From positions 16,182,001-16,246,000 of the forward strand of contig CM069162.1 in the NCBI GenBank assembly GCA_035221665.1: a DNA stretch of 64,000 nt, in the 5' to 3' direction. The position numbers and the translations under genes are program-made. A model generated the notes under the pieces. That model was not told where the DNA came from. It did not search any database and saw only the letters and a program-made list of their open reading frames with translations. Of the stretch, positions 38,755-51,137 are shown one piece after another (position 1 is the first letter of the stretch; each line of letters starts with the position of its first letter). The stretch comes from Okamejei kenojei (taxonomy: Eukaryota).

Positions 38755-40610
38755 TTGGAAATATAAATCATTACTCAACGCAAACTATATGCCTTTATTA
38801 ACTAAATTAAACGGGTTGATTAAATTCTGGAAAACACTGCCAATGTCCTTATTAGGCAGAATAAATGCTATAAAAATGATCTTTTTACCACAAATATTGT
38901 ACCTATTTCAATCAATACCAATATATTTACCAAAATAATTCTTTAAAAAACTAGACTCTGATATTACAAACTTCATATGGAACTATAAATCACATAGAAT
39001 TCAAAGAAAACATTTGTGTAAATCTAAAGAATCAGGGGGTCTGACACTCCCTAATTTGTTGTACTAATATTGGGCAGTGAATATTAAAAATATAATTTAC
39101 TGGTTGGACAGTTCTGCCCAACAAGTAGATTGGATAAGAATGGAGAAAGAGGATTGTTCCCCTTACAATATAGGAGCGATTCTTCTTTCCCCGATAAAAC
39201 TGAACAATATAATATATAAGAAGAATCCAATTATTCACAGTATAATACGAATTGGAAACAAATAAAATTAACTTTAAAATTAAGAAATGTATCACTTCTT
39301 TCCCGAATAGCTAACAATCCCGCATTCAAACCAACTATTATTGAAAAAACGTTTATCCATTGGGAAAGAATAGGAATTAAAATGATTGGAGATATGTATG
39401 AAATGCAAAAACTTTTATCATTCCAACAATTACAACCAAAATATAGCATGACAAGTAACTAATATTTCAAATATCTTCAAATTCAAGATTATTTGAAAAA
39501 ATATATACAAGGATATCAAACTCTAACCTCAGATGTATTAGAGGAAGGAATGAATAGAAAGGCAGAATCAAGCAATCTAATATCATATTTATATAATATA
39601 ATTTTAAATATAAAAACACCAATGACAGAGGCAATTAGAAGGGACTGGGAACAAGAGTTATTGATAAAAATTCCAAACTACAGATGGGAAAAAAATCTAT
39701 TATATGTACATAAATGTTCGATTAATGTAAGGCATAACCTAATTCAATTTAAAATTTTACACAGATTATATTACTCGAAAACCAGATTGAATAAAATATT
39801 TCCAATTGTCTCTCATATTTGTGATACATGTGTAACTCAAAATGCGACTATAGCACATTCCTTTGTCTCTTGTACAAAACTTCATACATTTTTGAATTAA
39901 ATCTTTGGACCTTTTAAAAAACTATTCAACACAAAATTGAACCCCAATACAGAACTGATTATCTTTGGATCAATGGAAGAGGGACGTAAATTAACTGCGT
40001 TCCAAGAAGCTCTCTTTAATTATGGTTTAATAACAGCAAAAAAACTTATACTCAAATTCTGGAAAAACGCAACCACGCCAACGTTCAAAATGTGGATTTC
40101 AAATATGTCGGAAACGCTACATCTTGAAGAAATGAGATCCCTCCTACTAGGCAAAGTAGACCAATTTTTAAAGATTTGGTCTCCTTTTATCGACTTCTTA
40201 CAAGCATGTGGTGCAACATAACATAACTAGAAATTAAATGGTTCAGAACCGGGTGACGGATTGGGAAAAGATACGAAATAGGTATATCTCTCCTAATTTA
40301 TTTTCTTTCTACTTTCTCTTTTTCTTTCAATCTTCTTAGCTTCTTATCTCTGCTCTCTGTCTCTTTCGCTATCTGCTTCTACTCGCTTGTCTATCTATCT
40401 CGACATCCTTTATTTCCCTTTTTCTTTCACTGCTCTTTTATTAAAATTAAAAATAAGAAGTTGTACAAGAAAGGTGATGTGTATGTATGTATGTATTAGG
40501 TACTTAGGTACCACACTACTGTACTTACTTCTAACAAAATTTAAAAAAATAAATAAATACAAATTAAAAATAAAAATAAATAAATAAATCTTCAACGTCT
40601 AAAAACAAAA
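38755..40610 (+). mobile_element. 5'-truncated L1-clade LINE inserted into the env remnant
   Basis: ORF2 C-terminal motifs SLLGRINAIKM, FIWN, KESGGLTLP and QFKILHRLY; CCHC knuckle CDTC...HSFVSC; A-rich tail; 14-bp TSD agaaaggggtatat at 38741-38754 and 40611-40624. Confidence 0.92.
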
Positions 40611-40614
40611 AGAA

Positions 40615-41112
40615 AGGGGTATATGTGGGAAACAGCTCATGCACTATAATCTCTCCTCAGGGACCACCACGATCAGTAAATGGAGCATATTTTGTGTGTG
40701 GGTTACGGGCATATCCATGGCTGCCAGGGATGCCACTGGGAGACGACAGCTCTTGAGACAGGAAATGGGGAAAGAGCGACCACTGGAACGGGTGCTGCTA
40801 TATAGCCTATGTAGTTCCCTATATGAGGGTGGTCCACAATCTTACAGACGCGAATGCTGCACTTATATCCCTGATGAATGTTCTAACATTACAGATTTAG
40901 CAGCACATATTATTGCAGAAATAAAGAAGATTACAGAGGTAGGGGAGGAAATGCATAACTTTAATAACGGTGGAGAATGGTGGCCATTTAGCATGTTTGG
41001 AAGAATATGGGGAATGATAATACATTATGGATCTGTTGTACTGCTGATCATCATATTAATCTATGCACTGAAATGTCTGAAGCCTCTACTAAGTACTAAC
41101 CAAGGACTATAA
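40615..41112 (+). pseudogene. env: Retroviral Env remnant (end of SU plus deleted TM subunit)
   Basis: One frame gives GAYFVCGLRAYPWLP and, after a stop or shift, WNGCCYIAYVVP. ORF 40639..41112 ends ECCTYIPD...NIT...WWPFSMFGRIW followed by hydrophobic GSVVLLIIILIYAL. This matches the tail of the CX6CC motif, Trp-rich membrane-proximal region and TM anchor of gamma/epsilon-type Env. Confidence 0.8.
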
Positions 41113-41479
41113 TTGTTATCCGATTCTGATAAAAAGGAAGGAATGAAAGAGTTAGTTATTAATTGATTGTTGTCATATTTAAGCTTTCCTGGTGTAAAAA
41201 GCCAATTGTATTGCATGATGGGATTTGGAGAAAAATCATGTCACGTTTTTTTTTTTACGTAAGTTGAATAGTTCTCAGCTCCTTTTTTTAATGTAAGTTG
41301 AATAGGTTAATCAGATAAGAAGGGGCCAGAGGATGCTATTGGGATGACTGGCTTTTGGCAAAGAGTGAAAAACAACTCCATATTTGGAGGTGGCTGATGG
41401 TTTCTGGTACATTAACTCATGCAATTGCTATTAAGTCTCAAGGTATATTAACACTGGTGTTCTGGTATTTCTTTGTGTG

Positions 41480-41612
41480 TGCTCCCACTTGGGCAACCTA
41501 ATCCGCGAGTTAAGAAGAGTGTCTTCGACCTTCAAGCTCTCGGGCACTTGCATGCAAAGCCTCGAGCTGAATCGCCATCCGCATTGAAACCGCGAGCTGG
41601 ATCAACCGACCG

Positions 41613-41688
<76 letters not shown>

Positions 41689-42330
41689 TATCCACACACA
41701 CACAAACATATCGCAAAGGCGGGGGCCAGGGGAGCGCTGTCTGAAATTCACACCCGCGATGAAGAGGAAGGTAAAGTGGCTGCACAGTAACGGTAAGTCC
41801 TTTAGAGAGCGCGGGGGGAGGGGGAGAGAAGGGGAGAGAGGGGGAGAGAGGGGGAGAGAAGGGGAGAGAAGGGGGGAGGAGGAGGGGAGAAGGAGTGGAG
41901 ATACTTTTAAGAATTTTGATAAAGTTTAGCGGGCATTTTACCTACCGGTCGGTTTTCCTTTGTCCTAAAAATTCCAATGAGACAATCAAAATGCCCAGTC
42001 AGCGAGCATTGCCTACTGGAGATTGCCAGGAGATTGCCTACTGCTGCCCTCGAATGCCTGTAGCTAAATAGCGACCCCACTCCACCGCACTACGAGTCAA
42101 AAAGAACCAAGCCGACCAAATGTTACCCGTGGAAAATGTTTCAACATGCTGAAAATTTTTCAGCGACCTAGCTAAGGCCACAAGTATTCGGAACCCTCAA
42201 GCATGAAGGAGGGTTCCAGTGACCTCGTAGGACCTCCTAGGACCACGGGTCGACCATGCTGCAAGTTTGAAGGTCGAAGACACTCTTCTAAACTCGCAGA
42301 TTAGGTCACCACAGCGGGATAGCCCCTTTA
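41480..42330. mobile_element. Harbinger-type MITE (degenerate) containing a (CA)n microsatellite (about 41612-41703) and a purine tract
   Basis: Inverted ends tcccacttgggcaacctaatccgcgagtt / aactcgcagattaggtcacc..gggatagcccct+TTA. Confidence 0.6.
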
Positions 42331-42356
42331 GTGTAAAACAACCAGAACTGTGGAGA

Positions 42357-43564
42357 CATCAGTGGAGACACAAGGAACTGTAGATGCTGGAATCTTGCTG
42401 GAATCTGCTGGAGGAACTCAGTGGGTGAGACAGCCTCTGTGAAGGCATATGGATAGACAATATTTTGGGTTGGAACTCATTTTCAAGATTGATTCATTCA
42501 ATCTAAAGAAGGGTCTCAACTCTGAACGTCATCTGCCTGTTTCCCACTACAGTTGCTCTCAACCCATCAGTGTCAGTTCCTGATTTCCTCTCACTGGCAC
42601 ATATGTAAAAAATTCTGATAGTCCTTAGTGTAATCAAAGCAATTTGTAATTTCCAGAACTACAATCAATCAAGTTTACATGGGGAACAAGCCGGCAATGG
42701 CAGTCGTGCTTACCATGAAGGGTGAGCACTGCAGAAAGTGCCCCTGACGCAGCCAGAAGCCGCTGATACAGTGAATACTCTTGGTGAGTTATTTTGGGCA
42801 GGGGATGGGGATGGTGCTTCTGACATCTCCAAGGGTGTCAGGGTTTATGGGGAGAAGGCTGGAGAATGGGGTTAGGAGGGGGAGATAGATCAGCCACGAA
42901 TGAATGATGGAGGAGACTTGATGGGCAGAATGGCCCAATTCTGCTCCTATTACTTATGACCTTATGACATGCATAAAATCTGACTTCACAGAACATAACC
43001 CTTACGTAAGTGGGGGAATACCTGCATTACTCTGAGAGCAGGTCAGCAGCTGGATATCCTGAGGTGAGTTACCTACATAACAGCCTAAGGCCTTTCAATA
43101 TCTGCAGATGACGAGAGGAGTATAATGAATACTCTCCACTTGCCAGGACATATGCTGCTCACACAACCTTATTTTCAGTCTGGGATTGTGCAGCCTTCTG
43201 GAGTCAATATTTTACAACAACAGGTAACTTGACTTCTCCAGATTGTAGTTCGGGAAATTACAAATTGCTTTAATTACACTAAGGACTAAGTACAGAATTT
43301 TTTACATAAGTGCCCGTGAGAGGAAACCAGGAACTGACACTAGTTTGAGAGCAACTTAACAGGTCAGGCAACAACTGTGGAGGGAAATAGGCAGATGACA
43401 TTCAGGGATGAGACTGATTGAATCAACCTTGAAAACAAGTTCCAACACGAAATATTGCCTGTCCATATGCCTCCACAGATGTTGCCTCACCCACTGAATT
43501 CCGCCAGCAGTTTGATATTTTGCTGAAGATTCCAGCATCTGCAGATCCTTGTATTTCCACTGAT
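42357..43564. repeat. Diverged inverted duplication (arms about 42357-42667 and 43241-43564)
   Basis: For example, gtccttagtgtaatcaaagcaatttgtaatttcc is the near reverse complement of ggaaattacaaattgctttaattacactaaggac; unique sequence and a Penelope-derived repeat are both mirrored. Confidence 0.8.
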
Positions 43565-43570
43565 ACTAGT

Positions 43571-43884
43571 TAGAAACATAGAAACATAAAAAATAGGTGC
43601 AGGAGTAGGCCATTCGGCCCTTCGAGCCTGCACCGCCATTCAATATGATCATGGCTGAACATCCAACTCAGTATCCTGTACCTGCCTTCTCTCCATACCC
43701 CCTGATCCCTTTAGCCATAAGGGCCACATCTAACTCCCTCTTAAATATAGCCAATGAACTGGCCTCAACTACCTTCTGTGGCAGAGAATTCCAGAGACTC
43801 ACCACTCTCTGTGTGAAAAATGTTTTCCTCATCTCGGTCCTAAAGGAATTCCCCCTTATCCTTAGACTATGACCCCTTGTTCTG
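43571..43884 (-). mobile_element. Young CR1 3' fragment
   Basis: [10 protein letters not shown]...[13 protein letters not shown] plus 3' UTR and (ctatgttt)n tail. Confidence 0.9.
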
Positions 43885-45388
43885 TTTCTAATTGTTTTAC
43901 ACAAGCTTCCTGTCAGAAGAAGCGTCTCGACCCAAAACATTGCCCATTTCTTCTATCCAGAGATGCTGCCCGTCCCGCTGAGTTACTCCAGCATTTTGTG
44001 TCTATCTTCGGTGTAAACTAGCATCTGCAGTTCCTTCCTTCAACTTGACTTTTCAGTCTGTATCAGTTGTGCATCTGTGATATTGGCTCAGCTTATTTAT
44101 ATTTTTCTTTCTTTTTATTTCTCTGTGAGTGGCAAACATAACCAGAAACATGGTATTGTTCAACTGATGGATTTATTGCTCTTCGACATGTTTAACCTCA
44201 TTAGTTTGCAGGGCATTGCTGCCTTTAGTAAAATAATTAATGTGGCAGAACAGGACAGAGCTGGAATCAACTCCTGGTCGTGTTTTACAAATTAAGTTTT
44301 GTACCATTGAACTGAGTGGAATATAATTTGAAGTGATTTAAATGCAGAACAAGAGAAGAAAATAATCCTAATGGAATTTCAACTGACATCTGTTTATTGC
44401 AACTGCAATTACACACCTGAGGTCCATGTGAGCATAAGTGATTGGTAACAAAGCTACTGTGGACACGTGGTGATGCTTTTGCACTGTAACCCACTCATTG
44501 CTCTATCTAGGTCCCTCTCCAAGCCACTGGGAGCAGATTACCTGCTCAATCGTTGCATTCTTTCTCGAGGAAGTAACATTGTCCAGTGGTGGGAACTGTG
44601 CCTCTTGTGTTGTGCAGTTGTATTTTGAAAGGTTAGCTGTCAAGATTGCAGTTGTGAGGCTGACTGCTGGATACTGTACAATAGAGTCATAGTTGTACAG
44701 CACAGAAATGGGCTGGGTTCGGAAAGGCTGGGCTTGTTTTCCCTGGAGCGACGGAGGCTGATGAATGCCTTGATAGAAGTATATGAGATAATGAATGGTG
44801 TAGATTAGGTAGATAGTCAGAATATTTTCCCATGGTAGGGATATCAAAAGATTGCAGTTGTGAGGCTGACTGCTGGATACTGTACAATAGAGTCATAGTT
44901 GTACAGCACAGAAATGGTGAGCTTTTGCCCACTATTTATAAATGTTGGCCTTTTGGCCCATGTACTTTAATCCCATTTGCCTGCATTAGGATCGTATCCT
45001 TCAAAGCATTACTCCAATCCAAGCAATTCAGGTGAATGCCTCTTAAATGCAATGATTGTATCTGATTTTACCATCTCCTCTGGCAGGGAGTTCCAGATAT
45101 CAACCAATCCCCATTTAAAAAACCTACCACTCAAATCCCTTTAAAACGTCTTCCTTTCACCTTAAATCTTTGTTACTTAAGTCATAAGGTCATTAGTGAT
45201 AGGAGCAGAACTAGGCTATTCGGCCTATCAAGTCTACTCCCCCGTTCTATCATGGCTAATCTATCTCTCCATTCTAACCCCATTCTCCTGCCTTCTCCCC
45301 ATAATCCTGCCTTCTCCCCATAATCTCTTACACCAGTACTAATCAAGAATCTATTTATCTCTTCCTGAACAATATCCATTGACTTGAC

Positions 45389-45872
45389 TAGAATGTTGCC
45401 AGGGTTCCAGCAACTATGTTACAGAGAAAGGTTGAACAAGTTAGGTCTTTATTCTTTGGAGCGCAGAAGGTTAAGGGGGGACTTGATTGAGGTATTTAAA
45501 ATGATGAAAGGGATAGACAGAGTTGACGTGGATAAGCTTTTCCCATTGAGGGTAGGGAAGATTCAAACAAGAGGACATGACATGAGAATTAAGGGACAGA
45601 AGTTTAGGGGTAACGTGAGGGGGAACTTCTTTACTCAGAGGGTGGTGGCTGTGTGGAATGAGCTTCCAGCAGAGGTGGTGGAGGCAGGATCGATTTTAAC
45701 ATTTAAAAGTAAAGTGGATAGGTATATGGACGTGAAGGGAATGGAGGGGTATGGTCTGAGTGCAGGTAGATGGGACTAGGGGAAAACAAATGGTCGGCAC
45801 GGACTGGAAGGGCCGAGAGGGCCTGTCTCCGTGCTGAAATTGTTATATGGTTATATGGTTATATGGTTATAT
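45389..45872 (+). mobile_element. CR1 3' fragment of a second subfamily, nested in an older minus-strand CR1 fragment
   Basis: ORF 45384..45779 LYSLERRRLRGDL...FFTQRVVAVWNELP; (tatatggt)n tail; flanking gacttgac duplication. Confidence 0.88.
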
Positions 45873-46302
45873 GACTTGACCTCCACAGTCTTTTGTGGCA
45901 AAGAATTCCACAGATTCACCACCCTCTGATGAAAGCTTGCTTTTGATATCCCTACCATGGGAAAATATTCTGACTATCTACCTAATCTACACCATTCATT
46001 ATCTCATATACTTCTATCAAGGCATTCATCAGCCTCCGTCGCTCCAGCGAAAACAAGCCCAGCCTTTCCGAACCCTCCCCATAACTAAATACATCCAATC
46101 CAAGTAACATTCAGGTGAATCTTGTTTGCATTCTCTTCAGTGCAATCACATCCTTCATATAGTATGGTGACCAGAAATGTTCACAATACCCTTAAGTGCA
46201 GCCGAAACAGAGTTTATTAAAGTTGCAACATTGCAACTCTTACATTCTGTGTCCTAATCTATGAAGTGAAAAATGTCATATGCCATCTTCATCTGTGTTC
46301 CA

Positions 46303-46441
46303 GGGGTGGGAGATTGCAATCTTCACGTGGTCCGCCCTGTTTCAACGAATGCAATCAACCTGGTGTGCACATTCAAATAAGATCAAATAGAACAAGTTGT
46401 CCGACAACTTTAGGCTGTGCACGCCATACACAAGAAGAAGC
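46303..46441 (+). mobile_element. ~138-bp short retroposon with an (AAG)n tail; second copy at 62411-62547
   Basis: TSD tctgtgttcca at 46292-46302 and 46442-46452; both full copies start GGGGTG; its 3' half is also present once in each array unit. Confidence 0.75.
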
Positions 46442-47091
46442 TCTGTGTTCCACTTTCACGGGACTATGGCCTCGGGCTCCTAGGTTTTCTTCTGTTATTC
46501 AACATTTCTCAGTGCCCTACTGTTTGTTTGAACCTTATTTGATTTCCTAAGAATGCATCACCCTACATTTGTCAGGATTTACCACATCAATAATTTTCAT
46601 GTAGTCTGCAAACGTATTATTCATATCTCCAATATTAGTACCCAACTCTTTAATATATATCACAAACATGAAAGGTCTACACCATCGGGTGGCACCAACA
46701 ATGTCTGCTGCTTCCTTCTTTGTTGTTTGATAGTGTGTGTTAAATGTATGTTGTTTTGTGATCTTTAGCTTGTTTTATGTGTGGGGTAGGGGGGGAGTTG
46801 GGGGAAACTATTTCCAATCTCTTACCTCGACGGAGATGTGATTTTTTTTCCGTATCGTATCTCTGTCCGCACTGTGGCCTAACATCGACGAGTTGGCGGC
46901 CTTTGCTAGAGACCGACTTCGAGAGCTCCACCAAGGGAGTCTGTGGACTTAACATCACGGAGCCCGCAATCCCCGTCGGGAATCATCTTTCAGGCTCCAA
47001 CCATGGGTGTCTGTGGACTTTAACATCGTGGAGTTTGCGGTCTCTGGTTAGAGACCGACTTCGGGAACTCCAAGCTGCAGGAGCTCTGACT

Positions 47092-48156
47092 GCCCCGACA
47101 CTGGGGCTTCGATCGCCCCGACACTGGGGCTTCGATCGCCCCGACACTGGGGCTTCGATCGCCCCGACACTGGGGCTTCGATCGCCCCGACACTGGGGCT
47201 TCGATCCCTCCGACACTGGGGCTTCGATCCCTCCGACACTGGGGCTTCGATCCCTCCGACACTGGGGCTTCGATCGCCCCGACACTGGGGCTTCGATCGC
47301 CCCGACACTGGGGCTTCGATCGCTCCGACACTGGGGCTTCGATCGCCCCGACACTGGGGCTTCGATCGCTCCGACACTGGGGCTTCGATCGCCCCGACAC
47401 TGGGGCTTCGATCCCTCAGACACTGGGGCTTCGATCGCCCCGACACTGGGGCTTCGATCGCCCCGACACTGGGGCTTCGATCGCCCCGACACTGGGGCTT
47501 CGATCGCCCCGACACTGGGGCTTCGATCCCTCCGACACTGGGGCTTCGATCGCCCCGAGACTGGGGCTTCGATCCCTCCGACACTGGGGCTTCGATCGCC
47601 CCGACACTGGGGCTTCGATCGCCCCGACACTGGGGCTTCGATCCCTCAGACACTGGGGCTTCGATCCCTCAGACACTGGGGCTTCGATCCCTCAGACACT
47701 GGGGCTTCGATCGCCCCGACACTGGGGCTTCGATCGCCCCGACACTGGGGCTTCGATCGCCCCGACACTGGGGCTTCGATCGCCCCGACACTGGGGCTTC
47801 GATCGCCCCGACACTGGGGCTTCGATCGCCCCGACACTGGGGCTTCGATCGCTCCGACACTGGGGCTTCGATCGCCCCGACACTGGGGCTTCGATCGCCC
47901 CGACACTGGGGCTTCGATCGCCCCGACACTGGGGCTTCGATCGCCCCGACACTGGGGCTTCGATCCCTCAGACACTGGGGCTTCGATCGCCCCGACACTG
48001 GGGCTTCGATCCCTCAGACACTGGGGCTTCGATCGCTCAGACACTGGGGCTTCGATCGCCCCGACACTGGGGCTTCGATCCCTCAGACACTGGGGCTTCG
48101 ATCGCCCCGACACTGGGGCTTCGATCGCCCCGACACTGGGGCTTCGATCGCCCCGA
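47092..48156. repeat. 23-bp GC-rich minisatellite (ccccgacactggggcttcgatcg), about 46 copies
   Basis: Direct tandem repetition with variants cgatccctc and cgctcc; embedded in the ~800-bp interspersed repeat. Confidence 0.97.
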
Positions 48157-50257
48157 CTGCAGATGGTTCGACTGCCTGGACCACGGGAGCATAAAAGAGG
48201 AGGAAGATTGGACTTTATTGCCTTCCATCACAGTGAGGAATGTGGGGAAGCCACTGTGGTGAATATATATGTTGATTTTTATGTAGTTGTGTGACTTGTT
48301 GCTTTTTTTTTAGTATGGCTGTATGGTGATTCAAATTTCATTGTACCTTAATTGGTACATGTGGCAATAAATTGATCTTGACACCTTGAAACCATTCCCT
48401 GTTGTATACCACTAGTCACATACTTCCAATCAGAAAAAACATCCTTCCACCACAACCCTCTCTATATCAACAATCACCTTGGATCCCATGTGACGTAACA
48501 TCCTGGACAAGCTTACCATGTGAGACCTTGTCATGTGCCTGCAATAGAGATACCAGCAAACCCAATAATGCTGCTTGTAAACATCATAATATAAGATCGT
48601 GACGTTAGTGGCTCTTTCCAAATACAGGCACCTTGCATTTTACATATGCATGATTTACGCATTCATAGAATAATGCCTGTCTAATTACTACCAAAGTTTA
48701 ATTTATGTATTTCTACTTTTGGAACAACACACTCAAATTTATGCCTGGCAACGTAGCTGTGTGCAATGCCTGGTAAATGTTTGATTTTTGCGCTTTTTGA
48801 TGTACACGCTGCTTTTCAAACACGAAACCCCCGAAATAAGTTCAAGCTGCAAGTAGGATAGAAATTTCTTAAATGTGGTGTTTTCAGTTTTTATAAAAAT
48901 AGTTGTAACTACAAAGTTTGAATTAGTTCCATCCATCATGAGATGTTTATGCCGAGGTGGGATTTAAAAAAACAAAATATTCATTTGCATTCTGTGAAAG
49001 ACCTCTTCCTTTCAATCTGAAGAATGAACCACCTCTCTCCTAAAATGTTCCCAACATTCAGGCATTTAATACTGGTTGCTAATTCCGTTAATTTCCTGGG
49101 TTTAAATCCTGGAACTCCCTCCCGCCCACAACACTGCGGGAACACCATCACTGTGAGGTCTGCACTGATTCAAGGTGGCAGCTCACCAACACCTTTACAA
49201 AAACAATTCGGATGAGCAATAACTGCTGGCAAAAAAAGTTAGAAAAAATAAGGACTCCTATCTGGCGGCCCGTAAATTCCTACATATAGTCTCCATGCAT
49301 CTCTTTAGTCGTTAATATTTAACAAATTGAGAATACAGACACCCGACATGAGGAGTGAAAGGAGTAGACCACCTCACAAACAACCAACCCATCTGCCTCA
49401 TTTATGAATGAATCTGTGCTTTCCACATTGGCCTCACTAGTTGCTCCAGACTCTCCAATAGGTAGTTGGAGGGAAAGCAAATTATCTTCCATCCTGAGTT
49501 ACTGAGTTAGAAGAAAGGGAAGAATGAAAGAACATTTCTCAAATAGGATATTCTTAAACGCCAAGCTTGACAACATTGTTTCTCCTCTTACCCAGTCTTC
49601 CCTATCCACTCCCGTATTACTTTATGGGGCTTAGTCAACAACTCTTGTATCTTATTTAAAAATAATGTTTAAGACCTTACCTGCGAGAGTCAGCTATGGA
49701 AAGGATAACATGACAGCACCACTGTGTGACAACTGTCAGCACCCTGTTACTCATTTTATATATTCAGGCAACCAATAGCTGGAAATGGGTGGTGTTCAAA
49801 AATACATAATTATGTAAATATTTCACCTTAAATTTCATAATCATTGAAGTAGCAGGAAACTGTTTGTCAGTCAGATGTTACAATCTGCACTGAACTCCAC
49901 ATTTTCTCTCTGACAGTTAATTTATTTAGAAAATAATGCAGGAGAAAGTAACAAATGGAACAAGCAAATGTAATATTTAGGCACAATGATGATAAACTTT
50001 GCAAAGAAACTCTGATACACGTAGAACAAGGATGTGGTGGTTTTTAATGTCGAGCAACAAAATAATCACAATAGATTTTGACAGAACACTGTTCTAAGCA
50101 TCTCAGAGGAGAGCACACCAGAGTCATACAGCATGGAAAAAGACTCTTCGCCCCATAGAGGCCATACTGACTATCAAATACCCATTCACACTAAATCTTT
50201 ATTTGTCCCATTTTCCTACTAATTACTCCAGATTCTACTACGCAATGTACAGTGGTC

Positions 50258-50592
50258 AATGCTAGATGCAGGAAAAATGTTCCCAATGTGGGGGTCCAGA
50301 ACCCACGGTCATAGTTTAAGAATAAAGGGCAAGCCATTTAGGACTGAGATGAGGAAAAACATTTTCACCCAGAGAGTTGTGAATATGTGGAAATCCCTGC
50401 AGTGGAGGCCAATTCACTGGATGTATTCAAGAGAGAGGTAGATATGGCTCTTAGGGCTAATGGAATAAGGGGTGCTGGGTGGAAAGCAGGAACGGGGTAC
50501 TGATTTTGAATGATCAACCATGATCATATTGAATTACGGTGTTTGCTCGAAGGGCCGAATGGCCTACTCCTGCACCTATTTTCTTTGTTTCC
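50258..50592 (+). mobile_element. CR1 3' fragment inserted in a probable tRNA-derived SINE (about 50120-50745, minus strand)
   Basis: GHSLRIKGKPFRTEMRKNIFTQRVV plus CR1 3' UTR; flanking acagggagaacatgcaaact and gtgaggcagcagctctac blocks resemble V-SINE/HE1-type SINEs. Confidence 0.7.
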
Positions 50593-51137
50593 AATTAACC
50601 TACCAACCCTCGCATTTTGTGATGTAGGAGGAATCCAGAGCACCCTTATGGAGTCACAGGGAGAACATGCAAACTTCACATAGCCAGCACCCAAACTTCA
50701 CGTAAACCTGGGCATCTGGAACTGTGAGGCAGCAGCTCTACTACGTGTTATTGTAGGTATTCTTTGAAAGGTCAGATACATTAAGTGTGCTTTCATTATT
50801 TTTAAGTTTGTTTTTCAAATGTTGATTCTTGCAATTCCTTCAGCAAAGTTACAGTGGCAAACATATTTCTGGGAGAAGCTTCTTAATTACGAGCAAGTAT
50901 TTACCCAGGCATTCGCCCACAGGCAAATTAAATTCACATCAACCTCACCACATCAAAGCAAATGCATTGTTTGAGAAATTGGACAACCTTCAAATGGATG
51001 AAATGCTTTGGCAACCCCAACTGGAATTATTGCACAAATTAATAGGCCATCTAACCTTATTGTAAGAGTAACTAGAAAGTGCATTAAGCTAGATGTGAAC
51101 TTCTGCTCTGTAGAAAAAAAGTCTCCTAGTCAGAAGG

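Larger units (their letters stand above)
37229..41235 (+). mobile_element. LTR retroviral remnant carrying only env-like sequence: 5' LTR about 37229-37652, 3' LTR from 41144 (truncated)
   Basis: A ~90-bp direct repeat starting TGAAAGAGTTAGTTATTAA at 37229 and 41144; polypurine tract aaaaaggaaggaa at 41131-41143; putative LTR end TTCTTCA at 37652; env-like peptides inside. Confidence 0.8.

Noticed and set aside
41473-41790. His/Thr-repeat and Cys/Val-repeat ORFs
   Set aside because: Translations of a (CA)n microsatellite.
47092-48156. Possible CRISPR array (palindromic 23-bp repeats)
   Set aside because: No unique spacers, no cas genes, and the context is vertebrate.
46777-48294. 505-aa ORF and overlapping antisense repetitive ORFs
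   Set aside because: Artefact of a stop-free 23-bp minisatellite that is open in several frames on both strands.
48400-50100. Possible host exons or regulatory elements in low-repeat sequence
   Set aside because: Only isolated splice-like motifs; no consistent exon chain or recognisable protein.
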